DNA of 63,981 bases, filler included. It is 6 parts of 6 records of this genome, joined end to end, with 100 filler letters (N's around TTAATTAATTAA, not from the genome) between each part and the next. Parts side by side here need not be neighbours in the genome. Positions count along the whole stretch, not along the records: positions 19,260 to 27,613 come from SRR20825006_2344; positions 27,714 to 39,667 come from SRR20825006_2347; 4 more parts are not named here. One strand, written 5' to 3'. The notes beneath the pieces were generated by a model that was not told the DNA's origin, did not search any database, and worked only from the letters and a program-made list of their open reading frames with translations. The position numbers and the translations under genes were made by a program. Position 1 is the first letter of the stretch. Each line of letters starts with the position of its first letter. Positions 19,325 through 29,446 of this stretch are shown one piece after another.

Positions 19325-20923
19325 TTAAAGATTGTTAGATCCTGTGTCCCACCATAAACGTGTTCCACCATTATCAGGCCCTTTTAATAAGGCTGTTGCA
19401 GCTTCAACATTGGCTGCATTTGTGTTCTTTTCTGTATCCACAAAGTTGATTCTACGTACCTGAATGTCTGTGTCAATTGTTCCTCCACTATTGTTAACAA
19501 CTACAGGAAATATTTTTGGAAACCCAGTACGACGAAATTCGCTCCAAGCTTCTTGTCCGTCAGGAAACATAGCAATCCATTTTTGCGTAATAATTTGTTC
19601 TAGTTGTTCTTCTTTTGGAGCAGTAGCATCGTATGCAATTTTCACATCAGAAGCATAGGCAATACTATTACTAGCATTAACAGCGTCTACGTAGTCTGAA
19701 GGTGTACTTGTTGCATCCATAATATAATCTTCAACACCGCCAGCACCATGTTGTGCAAAAGAAGCTCTAATTCCACTTTCATAATTTGCCTGAGCATCTC
19801 CAGCACCTGTCCAACCTCTTAGAGCAGCTTCTGCTTTTAGGAAGTAAACTTCTGCAGTAGTCATCCAATCTTTAGAAGTTAAACCTCCTAAATAAGATCC
19901 TAATTTAGAATGATCTCCGTAATCGGATTTTGCTTCTATAGCAATTCCTAAACGAATCCCTTTATATTCTCCTTCTACACCATTCCCTAAAGCAGGTTGG
20001 AAGAATGTTTCTAAACGTGCATCATTAAAACCTTTTAAAATAGATTCCATTTCTGCAGACATGCGGATATCTCCCCATCCATCACTAATAGTTGCTAATG
20101 GATGAATAAATCCTTGCATATCAATTGCCATATTCTCAGATTCTAATAGTCCTGCATCACTAGAAAGCGATTTTTCGCCTTCTGTTTTTGCTAAAGCAGG
20201 ATCCACATTAGAAACTCTAATTGCTAAGCGTAAACGTAAGGAATTAGCATAGGTTCTCCATTTTGCAATATCTCCTCCAAATTCTGACAAATCAAAAGGG
20301 GTAAATTGTGGTTGCCCTTCAAAAGCTTTTAATTGGTCAATGGCAGTTCCAAGATCTGCGAAAAAAGCATTGTAAGCTTCTTCTTGAGAATCGTATGCTC
20401 CTGTAGTCTCATAATCGTTATATTTTGAATAACGAAGAGGTCCAAAAACATCAGAGATTCTGTGCATTGCTGTTACTTTTATGATATCCGAGATATAAGA
20501 GAACATTTTAGAGCTTTCATCTCCAGCCAATTCTACTTGCTCGTCAATCCCTCTAGCATAAGGCATTACCCCATTTCCGTCGTTAGCATCATAAGCATCT
20601 GTCCAAATAAACTGATTCCATCCGCTATTAAGACTATAAGTTTGATTACTGATATTTCCTGCAAATGGAGTAGGAGTAGTCATATATCCAGAGAACAAAT
20701 CAGCATTTAAATTATGTTGTAACTGATAATTCCAAGCTGGTTCTACACGAATAACATTGGCAAACATTGGAGGAAATTTAGCTCCAATATTATTAAAGCG
20801 TTGTTGTAGACTTTCATCTGAAATTCCGTGTGGATTAGTATTAATATCTTTAAAATCTTCTGTGCAATTGGTCATGCCTAAAGCGAGGACAGAAGCGAGT
20901 GTATATGTTATTAGTTTTTTCAT
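19325..20923 (-). CDS. susD: SusD/RagB family glycan-binding lipoprotein
   Basis: Lipobox MTNC, FKDINTNP, ANSLRLRLAIR, IITQKWIA..GQEAWSEFRRTG, RLWWD; directly downstream of susC. Confidence 0.92.
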   Translation of the reverse strand: MKKLITYTLASVLALGMTNCTEDFKDINTNPHGISDESLQQRFNNIGAKFPPMFANVIRVEPAWNYQLQHNLNADLFSGYMTTPTPFAGNISNQTYSLNSGWNQFIWTDAYDANDGNGVMPYARGIDEQVELAGDESSKMFSYISDIIKVTAMHRISDVFGPLRYSKYNDYETTGAYDSQEEAYNAFFADLGTAIDQLKAFEGQPQFTPFDLSEFGGDIAKWRTYANSLRLRLAIRVSNVDPALAKTEGEKSLSSDAGLLESENMAIDMQGFIHPLATISDGWGDIRMSAEMESILKGFNDARLETFFQPALGNGVEGEYKGIRLGIAIEAKSDYGDHSKLGSYLGGLTSKDWMTTAEVYFLKAEAALRGWTGAGDAQANYESGIRASFAQHGAGGVEDYIMDATSTPSDYVDAVNASNSIAYASDVKIAYDATAPKEEQLEQIITQKWIAMFPDGQEAWSEFRRTGFPKIFPVVVNNSGGTIDTDIQVRRINFVDTEKNTNAANVEAATALLKGPDNGGTRLWWDTGSNNL

Positions 20924-20928
20924 TTTTC

Positions 20929-23900
20929 TTAGAAATTTACGTTAATGTTTAACCCAATACTTCTTGTAGAAGGTAGGTTGTAGATATCTACTCCTTGTAA
21001 TCCTAAACCAGTACTTGCTGCAATGTTTGGATCAAATGGAGCATCTTTATAGAAAAAGAAAAGGTTATTTGCAATAATGGAGAAGTTTACTCTTTGAATA
21101 AAGCCATCGTTAAATGCTAATCTATATCCAACAGAAAATTCTCTTAAACTTACATTTGTAGCATCGTAAACATATTCTCCTAACATACCAGCTCTACCAC
21201 CAACAGCAGTGTAATAATCTTGAGCAGTAATTTGAGAAGAAGTACCATTTTCATCAACTACATTTACCATTCCTCCATTATTATTCCTAGCATCTGCCGT
21301 AGCTTGAGAAACACCGTAATAATCGTTAATAGCTTCGGTTACACTCACTACATCTCCACCAAATTTACCATCAATTAAAAAGTTGATAGTAAAATCTCCA
21401 ACATCAAAAGAGTTATTCCACCCTAATGTAAAGTCTGGTTGCGCATATGCTACTGTTTCAAAATCGGTAGAGAGTAAAGTTCCAGAATCACTAATAACAG
21501 GAGTCCCATTTTCATCTCTAATTAAAGAACGCGCTTTAATACTCCCAAAGTTTTCGCCTTCTATTAATGAATACTCATATCCATTAACTCCACGAGCAGT
21601 AATAATTGCTTCTCCATCTTGTAAAGAAGGATGAACAGAAATTACTTCGTTATCATTTTTAGCAAAGTTTAAAGCTGTATTCCAAGTAAATTTATCATTA
21701 GCAAATGGCTTTCCATTTACTACAATTTCAAAACCTTTATTAGATATTTCACCAGCATTTACAATATTTTGAGAATATCCATAAGGGTTTGGAGCCGCTT
21801 GAATATAGAATATCTGATCTGATGTTTTTGTGTCATAATAAGTAAAATCAAGACCTAAACGACCTTGGAAAAAGCGCCATTCTGTACCAATTTCAAAAGA
21901 TTTTTGTCTTTCTGGTTTTAATGTTTCTCCTTCTATTGGAGCAAACACAGGAGAACCTACATTTGGACCTGTAGCTGAAATTTGATTTAATGGAACTGTA
22001 GCATATACAGGGATGTCTTTTCCTACTTCTGCATAAGAAGCTCTTACCTTAGCAAAAGAAATTGCTTCTGGCATTGTAAACATTTCTGATAAAACTCCAG
22101 TTAAACCTACAGATGGATAAAAGAAAGCATAGCTATCTGTATTTGCAAGGGTAGAAGACCAGTCGTTTCTTCCTGTAACATCTAAATAAAGCATCCCTTT
22201 ATAATCAAAGTTAACCGACCCAAAAACAGACTGCACTTCTCTATTTCCAACAGATTGTCTCATGTTATTAGTAGTAGCAACATTTGCTAGGGTAAAAATA
22301 TTTGGGTAATTTAAACCTACGCCATCTCTCCCTGAATCAATAAATAATTGATCCCCAATTTTATACTTTGTTAAACTAGTTCCTAACAAAGCAGTAATTC
22401 CGAAATCTTCAGTAACTTTTTTGTTGTAATTGGCAATTAAATCAATGTATTGTTGCGTATTTTCGGTTTTCTCATAAATGTAACGTCCGTTTGTACCTGA
22501 GTTATTGGTATCTGTACCAGCATACATTCTTTTATCAAAAGTGAAGAAAGATTTGTCATAACTTCCTCTAGATTGTAAAGAAAAATCGTCTGTAATTTGA
22601 TACTTAACAGCTACATTAGCTAACACACGTTGTGCAATATCTTTGCTTTGGTTACGATTGATTAACCAATATGGATTTTGCTGAATAGTTTCGTCAAAAG
22701 ACGAAGCATATTGATCCATCATATTAGTATCTGAGTTAAAATACTCGTACTTATTTTTGTACATATCTCTACTAATCCCAACTGGATTTAAATAAACTCC
22801 AGTAAGCGGATTTGAGTATAAACCGTTTGTAGGTCTATTCCAAATACGTTGATCTGATAAGTTGATACTTGCAGAAACATCAATTTTTTCATCTAAAAAC
22901 TTAGCGGTCTCTCTTAACGTAAGATTATTTCTATTTAAACGATTTTCTGGAATTACTCCTTCTCCCATAGTATTAGCGTATGAGAAATAGGTTTGCGCTT
23001 TTTGATTTCCAGCTGTTAAAGACATAGAATTTATAGAAGTATATCCTGTATTGAAAAAATCTCTAGCATCATTATCTAATCCGTTAACTTTTGCTCCCCA
23101 TGATTTTGGATCTGCAACTCTACCATTTTCTGCAATTGGTTGCCCTACAGAATTAGATTGATATTCCGACTGTAATTCTGGTAAAGACATTACATTGTCT
23201 ACCGTAAAACTTGAGTTAAAGTTTACAGCCAAAGCACCATCTTTTCCCTTTTTGGTAGTAATTAAAATAACTCCATTTGCACCTTGACTCCCATATAAAG
23301 CAGATGCAGAAGCTCCTTTTAAAACTGTCATACTTGCAATATCATCAGGGTTAATCATAGACATAGCGTCTCCACCATCTCTATTTCCTGTTTGCCCACC
23401 AAAAATGTCTGTTCCAGGTTCAGCACCATTAGAACCATTTCCACTATTTAGCATTGGCACCCCGTCTATAACATATAAAGGGTCGTTGTTGGAGGTAGAA
23501 GAATTTCCTCTCAATACAACTTTTGCAGCACCTCCTAAACCAGAAGAACTTCTAGTTATTGTAACCCCAGCAGATTTTCCTGATAAACTATTTATCGGGT
23601 TTGTTTGCTTTACTTTAGTAAGCTCATCTCCACTTACTTCTTGTGCAGCATAGGTTAGTGCTTTTTCTTCTTTCTCAATACCAAGTGCTGTAACAATTAC
23701 AGCATCTAATTGCTGGCTGTCTTCTTCTAGTGCTACATTAATAGTTGTGTTTGCACCAACAGTTACTTCTTTAGCTTTCATACCCACATATGAAAACTTT
23801 AATACATCGCCAGGATTGGCGTCGATAGTATAGTTACCATCAAAATCTGTTTGTGTTCCTTGTGCCGTTCCAACAATCATAATGTTTACTCCTGGAAGCG

Positions 23901-24012
23901 GAACATCGTCGAAACTACTCTTTACCACCCCGGAGATTTGAACTTCTTGTCCAAACACCCCGTACATACATATAAATGATAAGAGGATTACTAGTAAGTT
24001 TTTTTGTTTCAT
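20929..24012 (-). CDS. susC: SusC/RagA TonB-dependent transporter
   Basis: CarboxypepD-like N-domain, PLYVIDGVP, INPDDIASMTVLKGASASALYGSQGANGVILITTKKG, C-terminal Phe. Confidence 0.95.
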   Translation of the reverse strand: MKQKNLLVILLSFICMYGVFGQEVQISGVVKSSFDDVPLPGVNIMIVGTAQGTQTDFDGNYTIDANPGDVLKFSYVGMKAKEVTVGANTTINVALEEDSQQLDAVIVTALGIEKEEKALTYAAQEVSGDELTKVKQTNPINSLSGKSAGVTITRSSSGLGGAAKVVLRGNSSTSNNDPLYVIDGVPMLNSGNGSNGAEPGTDIFGGQTGNRDGGDAMSMINPDDIASMTVLKGASASALYGSQGANGVILITTKKGKDGALAVNFNSSFTVDNVMSLPELQSEYQSNSVGQPIAENGRVADPKSWGAKVNGLDNDARDFFNTGYTSINSMSLTAGNQKAQTYFSYANTMGEGVIPENRLNRNNLTLRETAKFLDEKIDVSASINLSDQRIWNRPTNGLYSNPLTGVYLNPVGISRDMYKNKYEYFNSDTNMMDQYASSFDETIQQNPYWLINRNQSKDIAQRVLANVAVKYQITDDFSLQSRGSYDKSFFTFDKRMYAGTDTNNSGTNGRYIYEKTENTQQYIDLIANYNKKVTEDFGITALLGTSLTKYKIGDQLFIDSGRDGVGLNYPNIFTLANVATTNNMRQSVGNREVQSVFGSVNFDYKGMLYLDVTGRNDWSSTLANTDSYAFFYPSVGLTGVLSEMFTMPEAISFAKVRASYAEVGKDIPVYATVPLNQISATGPNVGSPVFAPIEGETLKPERQKSFEIGTEWRFFQGRLGLDFTYYDTKTSDQIFYIQAAPNPYGYSQNIVNAGEISNKGFEIVVNGKPFANDKFTWNTALNFAKNDNEVISVHPSLQDGEAIITARGVNGYEYSLIEGENFGSIKARSLIRDENGTPVISDSGTLLSTDFETVAYAQPDFTLGWNNSFDVGDFTINFLIDGKFGGDVVSVTEAINDYYGVSQATADARNNNGGMVNVVDENGTSSQITAQDYYTAVGGRAGMLGEYVYDATNVSLREFSVGYRLAFNDGFIQRVNFSIIANNLFFFYKDAPFDPNIAASTGLGLQGVDIYNLPSTRSIGLNINVNF

Positions 24013-24077
24013 ATTATCAATTTGTTAATTAATGGTTAAAAATTACTTCATTGGTACTTTTCCAAAAATCTTTTTAT

Positions 24078-24110
24078 ACAAACAACATCATTTTACCAAT
24101 AAACAACACC
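24078..24110 (-). promoter_or_regulatory. Candidate LytTR binding site: imperfect direct repeat with 21-bp period upstream of susC
   Basis: ACAAACAACATC (24078-24089) and ATAAACAACACC (24099-24110), 10/12 identical; a LytTR regulator is encoded divergently. Confidence 0.5.
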
Positions 24111-24234
24111 TAGCTTTCGATAACAGATTTTTATAATTCACCATTTTTAAAAATCTTTTGGTTATTCTTGTAATTAATTATATTTTTTCACAGATTTTTA
24201 ATCAAAATGCCTAAAACGATGAATATTATTTAAT

Positions 24235-25281
24235 ATGTCTGTAAATGAAATGCTTGTAAAGAAAACGATTGCGCTGAAGTATCATTTTTACTTTTGGGGA
24301 ATCTACTTTATGATAAACTTTATAAGATGGGGAAGCTATTTTAACGATTATTCCTATTCATTTTCTTCAAATTTGGTGGAATTTCCACTCCATATTGTAA
24401 TTGTATACTTTAATGTTTATTACCTAATTCCAAAATTGATATTCAAAAAAAAGTATGTACTCTATGTTATTTCTTTAATTTTACTCTTGGCAATACATTA
24501 TATTATTAGGAGCGGACTTAATTATTGGCTTGTAACTGAAAATTTATGGCCCGAAGCACAAGGAACTCAAGAAGCTTTTGGTTTTAATCATATTCTAGCA
24601 GTATCTATTGGAGAATTATATGTAATCGGGATTACTGCAGCCATAAAATTTACGGTTGATTTTATAGATGAAAGAAATCAAAATCAGCAATTAAGAGAAC
24701 TTCAGTATAAAACAGAGCTTAAATATTTAAAAGCTCAAATGCAGCCGCATTTTTTCTTTAATACATTGAATAATTTATATGCGCTTACTCTAAAAAAGTC
24801 CTCGCAAGCTTCAGATGTTGTCTTAAGATTATCAGATATTATGAAGTACATTATTTATGATGCCAGTAAGAAACGCTTACCTCTTATTCAAGAAATAAAT
24901 TACATAGATAATTATATAGAGCTAGAGAAATTACGTTACGAAGATAGTATAGAATCTGAGATTAATATTGATGGTACAATTGATGGAATTCAAGTCCCTT
25001 CCTTATTATTTCTCCCTTTTATTGAAAATTCTTTTAAGCATGGAGTTCAAAATAATAAAAAATTAAAATTGACAGTTTTTTTTGAAAAAGCAGGTCAATA
25101 TTTAATTTTTAAAGTGCTTAATAATTTTGATATAGAAAAAAGTGAATCTGAAACTCAAGGAGGAATAGGACTTAAAAATATGCAGAGAAGATTAGAAATA
25201 CTTTATAAAGATAATTTTGATTTGAAGACTGAAGTAAATAGTGATATGTTTGTAGTAACTCTAAAAATCCCCATACTATGA
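24235..25281 (+). CDS. LytS/YehU-type sensor histidine kinase
   Basis: N-terminal TM helices; LKAQMQPHFFFNTLNNLY, PFIENSFKHG, GGIGLKN. Confidence 0.93.
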   Translation: MSVNEMLVKKTIALKYHFYFWGIYFMINFIRWGSYFNDYSYSFSSNLVEFPLHIVIVYFNVYYLIPKLIFKKKYVLYVISLILLLAIHYIIRSGLNYWLVTENLWPEAQGTQEAFGFNHILAVSIGELYVIGITAAIKFTVDFIDERNQNQQLRELQYKTELKYLKAQMQPHFFFNTLNNLYALTLKKSSQASDVVLRLSDIMKYIIYDASKKRLPLIQEINYIDNYIELEKLRYEDSIESEINIDGTIDGIQVPSLLFLPFIENSFKHGVQNNKKLKLTVFFEKAGQYLIFKVLNNFDIEKSESETQGGIGLKNMQRRLEILYKDNFDLKTEVNSDMFVVTLKIPIL

Positions 25282-26006
25282 CTATAAAATGTTTGATAAT
25301 AGACGATGAGCCATTAGCTATTGAAATCATTAAGTCATACTTAATTGAGTTTAAAAATCTAGAGGTAGTGGGGGTGTTTAATAATCCAATTGAAGCCTTA
25401 CAAGTTCTTGATAAAGAAGAAATAGATGTTATATTTCTAGATATCAATATGCCAAAAATGAATGGCTTAGAATTCCTTCGGAATTTAAATAAGCATCCAT
25501 TAGTAATTATAACAACTGCTTACAGAGAATATGCTATTGAGAGTTATGAATTGGAGGTGTTGGATTATCTGGTGAAGCCTATTCCATTTAATCGGTTTTT
25601 AAAATCTATAAATAAACTCACAGCGCGTTTAATGACTCTTAATGGTATTAAACAAGCAGTTGACTTTGATCAAGATCCGCATATTTTTCTAAAAGTAGAA
25701 AAGAAGCTTATAAAGATTTTCCTACATGATATTCTATTTATAGAGAGCTTAAAAGATTACATAAAACTCCACAGTCGGGAGGGAACTTATATCTCTCATA
25801 AATCTCTTTCTAGTATTAGTGAAGAGCTTCCTTCTGAAAACTTTGTAAGAGTCCATAAGTCCTATACCATAGCTATAGATAAAGTAAAATCTATTGAAGG
25901 AAATTTAATAGAAATTGAGAATAAAAAAATTCCGATTGGAAGAAATTATGCAAAGTATACTAAAGATAAAATTTTAAGAGATAAAGGAAATTTCTTAAAC
26001 GAATAA
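25278..26006 (+). CDS. LytTR family response regulator
   Basis: IIDDEPLA, FLDINMP, DYLVKP, LytTR domain FVRVHKSY...IPIGR. Confidence 0.95.
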   Translation: MTIKCLIIDDEPLAIEIIKSYLIEFKNLEVVGVFNNPIEALQVLDKEEIDVIFLDINMPKMNGLEFLRNLNKHPLVIITTAYREYAIESYELEVLDYLVKPIPFNRFLKSINKLTARLMTLNGIKQAVDFDQDPHIFLKVEKKLIKIFLHDILFIESLKDYIKLHSREGTYISHKSLSSISEELPSENFVRVHKSYTIAIDKVKSIEGNLIEIENKKIPIGRNYAKYTKDKILRDKGNFLNE

Positions 26007-26039
26007 TCAATTATATATTAACTAAGTCAAATTTAAATT

Positions 26040-27359
26040 ATGACAACTACCTCTACAAAAGCGAATTCGCTAGTTCCAATAATGATTATAGCCGGGCTAT
26101 TTTTCATTTTTGGTTTTGTTACTTGGATAAATGGAGCCTTGATTCCGTTTATGAAAACTATAAATGAATTAACAGATGCACAATCGTATTTAGTTGCTTC
26201 TGCATCTTATATTTCATTTGTGGTTATGGCACTACCGTCTTCTTATATTATAGGAAAAGTAGGTTACAAAAAAGGAATGTCACTCGGACTAGCAATTATG
26301 GCAATTGGAGCATTAGTTTTTATTCCAGCAGCTGAAGCAAGAACGTATTGGGTTTTTCTTACAGGAATTTTTATCCAAGGAGTAGGAATGACTATTTTAC
26401 AAACAGCTTCGAATCCTTATATTACTATTTTAGGGCCAATGGAAAGTGCCGCAAAACGAATTGCAATTATGGGAATTGCCAATAAAACAGCAGGGGCATT
26501 GGGCTCGTTAATATTTGGAGCAATTTTACTTTCTGGAATTGATGAAATTAAAGACCAATTAACTAAAGTGTCTTTAGATGAAAAAACTACTTTATTAAAT
26601 GAAATGGCCGACAGCGTAGTGATGCCATATGTTGTAATGGCAATTGTACTTTTTATACTAGCAATTTTTATAACTAAAGCTCCATTACCAAATGTAGAAG
26701 CTGAGGAAATAGAAGAGGAGGTTAAAGATGGTGTAGTTACCAAGAAAACAAGTATTTTTCAGTTTCCGCATTTGTGGTTGGGAGTATTAGCTTTGTTTGT
26801 ATATGTTGGGGTTGAGGTAATTGCTGGAGATACTATTATTTCTTATGGATTGTCTTTAGGAATGCCTGGAGAAGAAGCAAAATCGTTTACATTAATGACG
26901 CTTATGGCTATGGTTGGGACCTATGCTCTAGGAGTGTTTTTAATTCCAAAATTTATATCACAAACAACAGCCTTAAAAGCAAGTGCTATATTAGGAATAC
27001 TTTTTGGAATTGGAATTATTTCTACCACTGGGTTTACCTCTGTTTTGTTTGTTGCAGCGTTAGGAATAGCAAATGCATTGGTTTGGCCTGCCATTTGGCC
27101 GTTGGCACTTAATGGTCTTGGTAAGTTTACCAAAACAGGAGGAGCATTACTGGTTATGGCCATTTCTGGAGGAGCTACAATCCCTCTTTTGTATGGATAT
27201 TTTGTAGATGCTAAAAAAGCAGACCTTGTGGCTGAAGGGGTAGAAGTAGGAGTAGCGGCAGGACAAGCAGCTACCACTGGTTATTGGATCTTATTTCCGT
27301 GTTATGCTATTATTCTTTATTATGCATTTTACGGACATAAAGTAGGTTTAAAAAAATAA
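26040..27359 (+). CDS. Sugar MFS transporter (FucP/GluP glucose-galactose family, possibly GlcNAc)
   Basis: FFIFGFVTWING, LQTASNPYIT, YVGVEV, LANA-like IANALVWPAIW, MAISGGA. Confidence 0.88.
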   Translation: MTTTSTKANSLVPIMIIAGLFFIFGFVTWINGALIPFMKTINELTDAQSYLVASASYISFVVMALPSSYIIGKVGYKKGMSLGLAIMAIGALVFIPAAEARTYWVFLTGIFIQGVGMTILQTASNPYITILGPMESAAKRIAIMGIANKTAGALGSLIFGAILLSGIDEIKDQLTKVSLDEKTTLLNEMADSVVMPYVVMAIVLFILAIFITKAPLPNVEAEEIEEEVKDGVVTKKTSIFQFPHLWLGVLALFVYVGVEVIAGDTIISYGLSLGMPGEEAKSFTLMTLMAMVGTYALGVFLIPKFISQTTALKASAILGILFGIGIISTTGFTSVLFVAALGIANALVWPAIWPLALNGLGKFTKTGGALLVMAISGGATIPLLYGYFVDAKKADLVAEGVEVGVAAGQAATTGYWILFPCYAIILYYAFYGHKVGLKK

Positions 27360-27403
27360 CAATTTTGATGTATTCAACGCTCGATTATCGAGTTTTATAA
27401 TAG

Positions 27404-27432
27404 AAAAGGTTCTCGTCTCGAGAGCCTTTTTT
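27404..27432 (+). terminator. Rho-independent terminator after MFS gene
   Basis: AAAAGGTTCTC-gtctc-GAGAGCCTTTT plus T run. Confidence 0.7.
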
Positions 27433-27529
27433 ATTTTTAATTATTGTTGTTTGATAAAAATTAACGGAATTTATTGGACTCCACTTATGTCAAGGTTTAA
27501 ATCCCTTATTGAGGGTTCTATTCCCGAGA

Positions 27530-27613
27530 GCCTGTCCTTAGTTTACCGAAGGGCGCTAGGTCGAAATGGATTAAATTATTCTCCTTTGAATACCTCGTAG
27601 GCTTGCTTCGAGG
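27530..27613. repeat. Possible flavobacterial REP-like palindromic repeat remnants at contig end
   Basis: GC-richer tract with CCTGTCCTTAGTTTACCGAAGGG and hairpin CCTCG..CGAGG at the contig break; resemblance recalled, not verified. Confidence 0.3.
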
Positions 27614-27713
27614 NNNNNNNNNNNNNNNNNNNNNNNNNNNNNNNNNNNNNNNNNNNNTTAATTAATTAANNNNNNNNNNNNNNNNNNNNNNNNNNNNNNN
27701 NNNNNNNNNNNNN
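27614..27713. other. Artificial contig linker
   Basis: N run with TTAATTAATTAA. Confidence 0.97.
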
Positions 27714-29441
27714 CAAGAGACTTTGCTTAACGTAGATCGTGATAAGATTTTCTCATTTACGTCTAGAGCTTATGCTGAATTCACCTTCTTGCAAGATTTC
27801 ACCTTTACCGTAAATGGAGGTATTGATAAACGTTTTTACAGCAACGAAAGTTTTGACAACCCAATCGTAGGTGATGGTGCTCCTGATGGTAGAGCAGGAA
27901 GAACAACTTCAACTAGAACCACAGTAAACTACAACCAGTTACTTAATTATTCTAAGACTTTTGGAAAGCATAGCGTTTCTGCTTTAGTAGGACACGAAAG
28001 TTTTGATACAGAGTATGAGTATCTAAACGGATTCAGACAAAATCAAATCGTTGAAGGAAATACCGAGTTGATCAACTTTACTACCACAAATGATTTGATC
28101 TCCTATACCAGTAATCAAACAACTGAAGGATATTTCTCTCGTGTAAATTATGATTATGACAGTCGGTATTACATTTCAGGATCTTACAGACGTGACGGGT
28201 CTTCACGATTTAGCAAAGATGCCCGTTGGGGAGATTTCTTTTCTGTAGGTGGTGCTTGGAGATTAGATCAAGAAGCCTTTATGGAGACTGCAGATTGGGC
28301 AAATCTTTTAAAATTAAGAGCCTCTTATGGTGAAGTAGGTAATGACAACTTAGGCGGATATTATGTAAGCCAGTCTTTATTTGCTTTAGATTACAACAAC
28401 GCTTCAGAAGGTGGAATCTTAGTTGATTCTCCAGGAAACCCAAGATTGCAGTGGGAAACTAACATTCAAACCGATGCTGCAATAGAATTTGGATTATTCA
28501 ACAACCGCGTAGCAGGTACTTTTGAATACTATAACCGTAAGTCTGAAGATCTATTATTTGATGTGCCGCTTCCGGTGTCTTCAGGTCTTGATGATTATCC
28601 TGACAACATAGGTAGCTGGGTAAACAGTGGTTTTGAATTTGACGTAACTGTAGGAATTGTTCGCAACAGTCAGTTTAAGTGGGATTTCAGCATTAATGCT
28701 TCAACTCTCAAAAATGAGATTAAAGAACTTTCACAAGAAGAGATCATTAATGGTTCTAAAAAGCTGGTTGTAGGAGGTGATATCTATGACTACTGGTTAA
28801 GAGAGTGGTATGGTGTAGATCCTGCTGATGGTATGGCGCTATACATTGCAAGTCCTGAGGCTATTGAAGCAGGAGGAAGCGATTTAAGAGAAATCGACGG
28901 AACCACAGTAACTACTAACCAAAATAATGCAAACTACAACTTTGTAGGTAAAGCTACTCCAGATGTTTACGGAGCCTTTAGAAACAACTTTGAGTATAAA
29001 GGTTTTCAGTTAGGAATCACATTTACTTATCAGTTAGGTGGAGAAACCTATGACTCTAACTATTCTGGTCTGATGCATTCTGGTACTTACGGAACCGCGC
29101 TAAGTACAGATATTCTTGACAGATGGCAAGAACCGGGTGATATTACGAATGTCCCTAGGCTTGATGCTGCGCAAACAGCAGCTTTTGGTGCAGGATCTAG
29201 CCGTTGGTTAGAAAAATCAGATTTCTTGGCATTACGACAAGTAAATCTGGGCTACGCATTTGATGCTGAGCTTGTGCAAAAGTTAGGGCTTACCGGAGCA
29301 AATGTATATGTAAGTGGAGAGAATTTATTCAAGCTTACCGCTAGAAAAGGTATGGATGTAGGTGAAAGCTTTAACGGTACAACTTCAAACCGCTTTACAC
29401 CGGCTCGTGTATTATCAGTAGGATTAAATATTACATTATAA
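27714..29441 (+). CDS. susC: SusC/RagA TonB-dependent transporter, 5'-truncated
   Basis: YRRDGSSRF, LKLRASYGEVGN, LQWET, barrel C-terminus GLNITL; followed by susD. Confidence 0.92.
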   Translation, partial: QETLLNVDRDKIFSFTSRAYAEFTFLQDFTFTVNGGIDKRFYSNESFDNPIVGDGAPDGRAGRTTSTRTTVNYNQLLNYSKTFGKHSVSALVGHESFDTEYEYLNGFRQNQIVEGNTELINFTTTNDLISYTSNQTTEGYFSRVNYDYDSRYYISGSYRRDGSSRFSKDARWGDFFSVGGAWRLDQEAFMETADWANLLKLRASYGEVGNDNLGGYYVSQSLFALDYNNASEGGILVDSPGNPRLQWETNIQTDAAIEFGLFNNRVAGTFEYYNRKSEDLLFDVPLPVSSGLDDYPDNIGSWVNSGFEFDVTVGIVRNSQFKWDFSINASTLKNEIKELSQEEIINGSKKLVVGGDIYDYWLREWYGVDPADGMALYIASPEAIEAGGSDLREIDGTTVTTNQNNANYNFVGKATPDVYGAFRNNFEYKGFQLGITFTYQLGGETYDSNYSGLMHSGTYGTALSTDILDRWQEPGDITNVPRLDAAQTAAFGAGSSRWLEKSDFLALRQVNLGYAFDAELVQKLGLTGANVYVSGENLFKLTARKGMDVGESFNGTTSNRFTPARVLSVGLNITL

Positions 29442-29446
29442 AAACT

